Assembly: GCA_051362555.1 (NCBI GenBank)
Contig: CM120641.1
Location: 17,360,001-17,424,000, forward strand
DNA: 64,000 bases
Source of the DNA: Lingula anatina
Taxonomy: Eukaryota > Animalia > Brachiopoda
Reading direction: 5' to 3'
Both the position numbers and the translations under genes were made by a program. How positions within the stretch are numbered: the stretch's first letter is position 1; each line of letters opens with the position of its first letter. The notes beneath the pieces were generated by a model. That model saw only the letters and a list, made by a program, of their open reading frames with translations, was not told where the DNA came from and ran no database searches. Positions 52,201 to 64,000 of the stretch are shown piece by piece.

Positions 52201-55104
52201 AAAACAGTACTCAGAATGACACTCCCTTAATCTAAATAATCGATCTTTATGAATTTAATGGACTGACTATACCACAGCGTACTTTCAACCTTTCAAATGA
52301 AACTATGATAAATGAAAAAAATATATATGAAAAATGTAAATCTTTTCTGCCATACAAAATGTTTTAATCAGCGTATAGGCCGTCGACGACATTCCACGTC
52401 TTATCTTTTCAAATTGATACGAGCCATTCGGTCACTACCGGCGAAGGGGGTCACGGTTAAAAGGCTGTGATTAAACGGTATGCGTGGCAATTCAGTTCTT
52501 CATTGGTATCAAATAAGATAACATCATCATTATATTTGTTTTATCAACGGCATTTATTTAAAAAAAATCCATATGCACACAGGCTCACAATCCAAAATTA
52601 CAGAGTACGCGTTTTCTTATTACCTCCACCGTCAAATATCTCCTCCGCTACCTTACAATCTATATTACTTTACTGAACTGGTGGTTAAAATGATTTTTGT
52701 TGAACTCGTAATGAAATTGGATAGTGTGCTGTTTAAGGGCAAGGTACATGGTCATGAAGCCAACTAAGTTGGCTAAAAAGTCCAGCCTTTTTTTCATTAG
52801 TTATATGTTGAGCCTGCTGCTATGTAAGCTATCAATACGATAAAGACCTTGTGCACGTGACGTCACTTCCCATCACATAGTCTAGCATATGAAAAAAATC
52901 ACCTTTAAGGGCTCATTCCCTATGAAACTATCGTTTTATGTAGATAGATCCAACTCCGCGGAGGTAATCGCTGAATGCACTCAGATTAAGACCCCATTCT
53001 CATAAACACCATAACGGTATTTTATGGCAATGGGCCTAACACGCTTCCTCTTGGCGTAGAGTAGAATACAAAAAAGCTGGTGAATATAGGAGTTCGCTGG
53101 GGACAAGAGGAGGCTTGGTAATCTGCTTACTGGGTATCTTGGTATGAAACAACGTCAAAAACCTTTGGGTGTGACCTTTCTTATACTTGCTTTAAATAAC
53201 CAATTTTTTATTAAAAGAGGGGAAATTAGCACTTATCTCCAATGCTATATCGCTTTTGGGCGAGTACATTGTTTTATGTCGCGTTGTGCCGTCCCTGCAA
53301 GAACAATTCATAAATAACCTAGACACTATGAAGCTAGAAAATTCGTCGTCTATCTCAAATAAGTAGTAAAGCTATTCTGAAGCAGAAAAGTGCTATATTT
53401 CCCTCACATGAAAGTTGTCCCAATGTTTTTACCCCTCTTGCGCTTTTACAGTATTTCCATACTTATCTATAGGCATTTTATATAGATTGTTATGATATAG
53501 GGTTGCCTATGTACCATAAAAACTGTAAAAATACTCAAGTAAACAAACGACACATATATAATAGCGCAATGAAAAAACTGAAGCTCTTTAAGCAGGAGGA
53601 CAAGGTTTTATCACACTTCTTGATTCATTGCATATTTTGCAATGACAAGTCACTGGCAAAAAATGCAATAAACCTTTCCCACCATGTATTCTAGTACTAT
53701 GATAGCTTTGTTATTTCCTATTCTTTTTACGTGCAGGCAGAGGAGTTCACAAAAACAAGTGTTTTACTGCTATCTAATGAAGGCCGGGTGACACTGTTCT
53801 CATTAAGATGGAATGTGGGGGTGCTTTCTCACGGCAGTAAAAGTGGTCATTTACCCGTAATGAAGAATTATGGATTGATCACGCGAACAGGTATTGCTTC
53901 GTAAAGTCAAGTGGAAGTCATTTAGATCTCTGTTCTTGAAATAAAATAACGTCCACGTGGTTTCTATCCTTCTTAATTAAGCACTGTAAAGCAGCAAAAA
54001 ACATTTTCACAGCCCTTACCCTTTACTTATAGAAGGCGAGTGGTAACAGGTAAAAAGTGGTGGGATATTAGCACAACTTGATTCATTTGACGTTTAACAA
54101 AAAGGGTGGGTGTGGAATTCTCGACCTTTTTGTAAGAGCAAATAGCCATAATTGGGTGCCACTACAAAATTGACATCCTGTTTTTCAGAAACACAAATGT
54201 GCTTCAAAAGACTGAAGTCAAGAATAGGCGAAAAGGAAAAAGGGGAAAAAATAACGTGTCTGCAATGATGTTTTCAAATTATCTGCGTTACTTATTGGCA
54301 TGCAGCTGTGTGTTAAGCGGAAACAGTGGCACAATTCAAGTTGTTTTCTTCTATTTTTTACACCTAGTTAGTATCAAATTGATATCGTATGCTGATAAAT
54401 GCGGGGGTTTTGTTCAAAATAATGTGCGTGTATCCGGACATCCTTTCTTTTGTGTACAAATTTAAAGATTCCTGGTATAAGAAGGCGTAATCATTTTCCA
54501 CGCACTGGTGCCTGAATTATAGACAGGAAGAATATCAAATCAAAGCTATCTTCTTCTATTAATCTCTCTCTCTCTCTCTCTCTCTCAACAAATTTTGGTA
54601 ACGCCAACACCTCATGTAATGGTTATGTATCCCAACCCATTAGCAATGATCTAAAACAGTTTGGTGAAGAGAGAGCAAAATGCGACTCATATGACCAGGG
54701 CGTGAACATGTAAGCACATTTGAAAATAGTAAACGATACCTAATAATGAAAGATAAATAATATTCAATATTTTAAAAATGATACGCTATATCTTGTGATA
54801 GTTAGTGCATGACAAAACGAAATAGGAGGCAAATATGACACAATAAAGCTATCAAAAACATAAAACTTTCCTTCTCGTAAAAATCACTGGTCGGTTTTCT
54901 AACAAATCTTATAAGAGTTGAGCTTCGTTCGAGTTTATGGGCATGTAAAGCCCACCTGAAATTTCTGTTGACAGATATAATTACCATTTCACTACATGCA
55001 CGCTTGTTAGATAGAAAAGGGCTTACCTTTCGCTTTCTCCCTTCAGTTTTCGCAAGTAATATGGCCCATACAAAGCCGTATAAAATGAAATATTTGGTTC
55101 TCAT
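49251..55104 (-). CDS. Secreted trypsin-like serine protease with two TSP1 repeats, about 480 aa; exons 55104-55027, 51721-51175, 50846-50710, 49931-49251
   Basis: Signal peptide MRTKYFILYGFVWAILLAKTEG; WSSWSKC and WSEWSPCS TSP1 motifs; activation site R|IVGG; TAAHC, DIALL and DSCAGDSGGP (triad and S1 Asp intact). Splice phases 0, 1, 0 are consistent. Extra exons in intron 1 cannot be excluded. Confidence 0.92.
51845..52135 (+). repeat. Diverged direct repeat of 45286-45570, lying in protease intron 1
   Basis: Same shared blocks as listed for 45286-45570. Confidence 0.85.
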
Positions 55105-57788
55105 TGTGTACAGATGACAGCGCAATCTTCGCCTTGCATCAGTTTAACTCATATATCATGAAAACGCCACGGCGACGCTGTTGTCTCGGTCACTCTCATC
55201 CTAGTCACAGGTAGAGATACCTTAATCACATTGCACCTCTCTCTTTTAAATTCCAATTATAAAGTTTTTTTTCACGCTATGTATACACGCAGAAATAGGA
55301 TCTCAATTTGGATGCCTACGCTTTACTATATCCTTGCTTGCAGAAGAACGTTCGTCCCCATGCTTGCCGAGGGGCTACACATGCTTTATAAGCCTCACTT
55401 TGCCTGGCGGCGTTAGACGTGCAATACCTCATTGATGGGTGCCAGTCATTACTATGGTAGAGTGGCATTGACGGCAGGAAGTTATAAGGTCTGATATTAT
55501 TAAAAACTTAGTGAACAGTGGAAGTAATGGTCACCTGGTCGCTGACATGGAAAGCATTTGGTTTATCGAAAACGAATTATGCACCGTCATACGAGAGTAA
55601 TGGAAATCAAACTGACAATTTGATTGAACGTGCTCCGCCTTTGTTAGTCAACCATCCAATTGCCAATCGTTTTGTAAAAAGGAAAGCTTCGTTGAGTTTC
55701 TATGACGTTTTTCTCAGTTGTTTTGAGACGATGTTTTATGGCTTGTCAATGCGTTTCTTTGCCTTTATTATGCCGTTTCCAGTATTTCGGTTTTTGATAT
55801 TAAAACTTCATGTGTGCAAAAGCGCCACATTCGTATCTGAAAGTTTGTCATCTTACGTAAGAATAGATGTTTAACGTACGGATACCCGTAGGCTGTGTGG
55901 GGCGGAGCGAACAGATACATGTGACTGCACACCATCAATTAAACAACATCACGTCCACAGACCATAGAACACATGTTGGATTTTGGATTAAGGCGGTAAA
56001 ACGATTGTTTAAAAGGTCTCGATTTTTTACATATAGAAAATGGTTTATCGCCAACGTCTTAGGTTACTGACAAATCATTTACCTTATTTACCAGCAAACC
56101 TCGCCGTGTAATTTCAAGCCCGTTAATTCTCTTTGAATTAAATCCGATCATAAGTCTTTTTTGCACAAATATTTTTTTCTTGAAAAAAATTTGCTGAATT
56201 AAAATAAGAATTTACATTCGCCCCTGAAAAATCAAGATTATATAAAACTGTTATCCTATCCACAACAGTAAAACAAGACACTGGCTTTTTTTTACTGACA
56301 ATAACAAAGTCACGGGGTGTGTCTCTGTCACACTTACGAAGTGGCCCCACATTCAAGCACCAAGGTGATTCAACGTGATCACTGAAATTCATCTTAATAA
56401 ATGGCCCCATCTCGCAATGACGCAGAGCCGGGGGATATGACCCACTTTCATCGTTCCACAGGTGTTTACATAATAGATGCGACTAATTAATCATCATTAG
56501 CACATTTTTTATCAAAATACCTGTGTAATGATGAGCTATTTGTTTTGACACGTTTACTAAGCCGTCGTCAATTTGGCTGTCCAGTTTATGACTTTCGTAC
56601 CACACATAGTAGGGAGACAGACAAAAACTGGGCCTTTTTTTAACTCTTAGCGCCATGGGCTGCCCAGGTGGCGGGAAGTAAAGGGCTGACAGGCGACATC
56701 ACCATTTTAAGATTCAAGAATTACTTATCTAATATCATTTCTTTCTCTCTTTCTCTCTCTCTCCCTCTCAACCACATGCCACGGAAGGTATGCTGTTGGC
56801 AGGTGTTAGAGGCAAGTTAATGATGGAAACGCGCATTACTTACTAATCATCCTAACAATAAAAGCAGAGCTATGGATGTTTTATTTTAAAACAGCAATGT
56901 CTTTCCATCAACTATATCAAATTAACACCTTTCTATCCACTTCATATATAGTCATTCAACGAAATCATCTAAAAAATTACACTTCTGAGAGTTAATTGCA
57001 AACCATTTTCTTGTCCACTTTTAAAGATAATTTTAAAACCTTTTTAGATTATTGATATTTTTAAAAATTTATTTCTAAGTATATTAATGTTTCATTTATA
57101 CTTTTTAAAAGTCAGTAAAGGCTTATGTAAGCAATCAGTAAAGGCGCATGCACAACTTAAATTTTCTGTGAGTTGTACAGTAATAATCTGGGAGTTTGAA
57201 AAAAGTATATTGAGAGAGAATTTCTTCATGAATACAGCACATAAAAGAAATACTTTTTATGTACAAAAGAATGCATCTGGTAAAAGATAAATTTCATCTG
57301 GTATAAGTGATAACACTATCTAGAAAAACCTTAATCATTTTATTTGATCAGTTGTAAACCCATACATTTAAAAAGCCCACTGACAAGGGACAAAATGTTA
57401 GGAAAATTATATTTTAAATATGAAAAAGGACTGGCAGCACAGAATATCTTGAGTACTACCAGAATATTGGCATCTAAAGAATCTCTCTGTTATTGCATTC
57501 TGTACCAATGAATAAACATAAACAGCTGTTTACAGCAATAAATAAATACATGTAAAAATAACTTCACATAGGGGGCAACTAGAAATATTTGAACTTTTAA
57601 AGTTACCATTTCCAAAGAACAGGCTTCTTATAACACACCAAGCTGTATAAACATAAGTGGTGATTGGGTACAGAATTTCAGCATTTCATTGACTTTTGAT
57701 GTTGGGGTGAACTAAGCACTGCAGTACATTATATTATATGACAAACACAGGATGTTGAAGCAAAATTAAATTATCAATAAATTAAATA

Positions 57789-58036
57789 CAGTAATGACTC
57801 AATCTTTTCCATGGGCAAAATTTATCAATCTTTTAGATCATTAACTCATTATAATTATATTTCTATATAGCATTTGTGGTGCTTTTACCATAAAGAATAG
57901 AATTAAAGGGTAGCCTGCTTTTCAGTTTCGTTACAACCACCCTATACAAATGTTATTTTTAAAATTTTTATGACAAAAAAATACAGCTTATGTAAAATTC
58001 ACAACATTTCCCACTGAAAAGATTGAGTCATTACTG
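57789..58036. mobile_element. Tc1/mariner-pogo-type MITE with TA target-site duplication
   Basis: TA|CAGTAATGACTCAATCTTTTC ... GAAAAGATTGAGTCATTACTG|TA: perfect 21-bp TIRs. Confidence 0.85.
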
Positions 58037-58547
58037 TAAAGCTAAAGTATTCTATGCTTTATCATCTTTAACAGTGTGATAATACTAATAAAAATCTTTG
58101 TATGAAATTTGTTCTCAATTTATAATTAACATTTGGGCTTACTGCTAATTTATCAGGAAGTCATTTCAGACTACTGGTAACTTAGAAGTCACACAAACAT
58201 ACATGCAATTTATATTTAAGGCCATAAAATATTTCTACTCCACTTGTTTATAAATATTTTCTTTGTGTTTGTTATATAATAAATAATCTATCAATCAATA
58301 ATGGCAAGGGAGCATGTCTTCTTCTAAATATAAATAGTTGTTAAGTTTGGACATTGATTCTTTACCTTAAGACAAGATTTCACAATGATACAAAACGAGC
58401 ATCTCAACAGGACTTTCCATTGACCGTTTTAACAATTATACTGAATATAACAAATAGACATCATTTGTTCAGTCAACAAAAATCACTTTTCCTTTTAATA
58501 CATCTCACACAAAATTCTGTTACATGTACAGATATCAATGTTCTTCA

Positions 58548-62768
<4,221 letters not shown>

Positions 62769-64000
62769 TTTGAAACGTCTCCGCAGTAACACTACGTTGC
62801 TGTACGGGATTGGTTACTACACGTTTATAGGTCAAGGTTAGAAAAGATACCAAGACAGGTGCTTGTAATAAAGAATCCTCGATTGTGGCAACAATGATGT
62901 CAGAATTCCCTCCTCCAACTTCACGTTCTTACTTTTGTCGATTTGTTGCCTAGCTGTATTATTTAACAATTCACGGGCAGATAATAATAAAATTACTAGG
63001 CCAGGTCAGAGGTGGGATAATTTGGAAGCTATTTGATTTAAATGGTGATCTATAAAAGAGAATTTGAGCTGCTCTCTCAAAGCGTTTTTATGGGTTGTTT
63101 ATAATATTTCTGAATGAAAAAAAAGCCACTTTTTCTTTATTTCTTTCTCTCTCTCTTTCTTATTATTATTTTTTTAAACTTTATTTATTTATTTTATTTA
63201 TTTTTATTTTTTGTTCAGGAAAAAAGGCTCGATGTTAAACTTTTAATATTAAGATGTCTAAAACTGTAAAATTCCTCACACAACTCTTTCTTAGACACTC
63301 ATTTGCTAGCAAGGCCAACATTTACATTGCTTAATAATGTGACCTATGCCAGTCAAATGTTGACTAAAAAACAAAATTTACGATCAAATTGTTGTCAACT
63401 ACTGTATTTATTCCCTTGTCCTTTTCAAAGAATAAATATAATGATATAATATAGCTTGCATCTGACATAAAATATCATAACACATCTGTCTCTCAAACTG
63501 TAGTTAAGTGCTATAAACTATGTAATGATAATAATTATGATACAAAATATTGAATCACTTCTATCTGAGGCAGGTCCTGCAAGTACAACAGTTTAATCTT
63601 TCCCTTTCACATAATTTAATCTCAAATTCCACAGAACAATTCACACATTTATGCATTGGACCACAGCATACAAAATATCTCCATGGTTAGCTGACAGGTG
63701 TCTGGATAGTCATAAATGCAAATTGTGACATTAACTAAAAAGCTTTCCACAAAATTGCAATTAAGTAAATAGTACTATATGGTAGAAGTGATGGTGGTGA
63801 AAATCTATCTGCAGATATATCTGGCAGATTCATTAATGAAAATAAATACTGACACTGAAGGTGTTTTAGCTGCAAGAGAGCTAACAATTTGCTGTCAGTG
63901 ACAGAAACAATTGTTCATATAACTTTTGACCCTTCATCATAGGCTTGGACACTTTGGCAGTCTTTGTATTACCAAGCTGGTTTTGTATATTGCCCAATTT

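Overview
AT-rich, intron-containing animal genomic DNA, probably a lophotrochozoan such as a mollusc (inferred from the proteins and the single actin intron after codon 42). Read from left to right: (1) a cholinergic gene locus on the minus strand, with an intronless 666-aa VAChT/SLC18A3 ORF apparently nested between a short non-coding exon (donor at 9201) and what looks like the first coding exon of ChAT (2397-2474), whose remainder would lie left of the window; (2) about 20 kb with no convincing coding exons but several hairpin or MITE-like elements; (3) a two-exon actin with three CArG boxes and a TATA box; (4) a spliced, unrecognised gene of about 134 aa that the ORF track shows only in part, with an RFX X-box-like promoter motif; (5) a synaptotagmin-15-like gene followed by a deleted pseudogene copy, a LINE remnant and paired MITEs; (6) a secreted trypsin-like protease with two TSP1 repeats; (7) a group XII secreted phospholipase A2. 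All gene models were built by hand from GT-AG junctions and reading-frame continuity; no database searches were run. No prokaryotic features (CRISPR, operons), tRNA or rRNA were seen.
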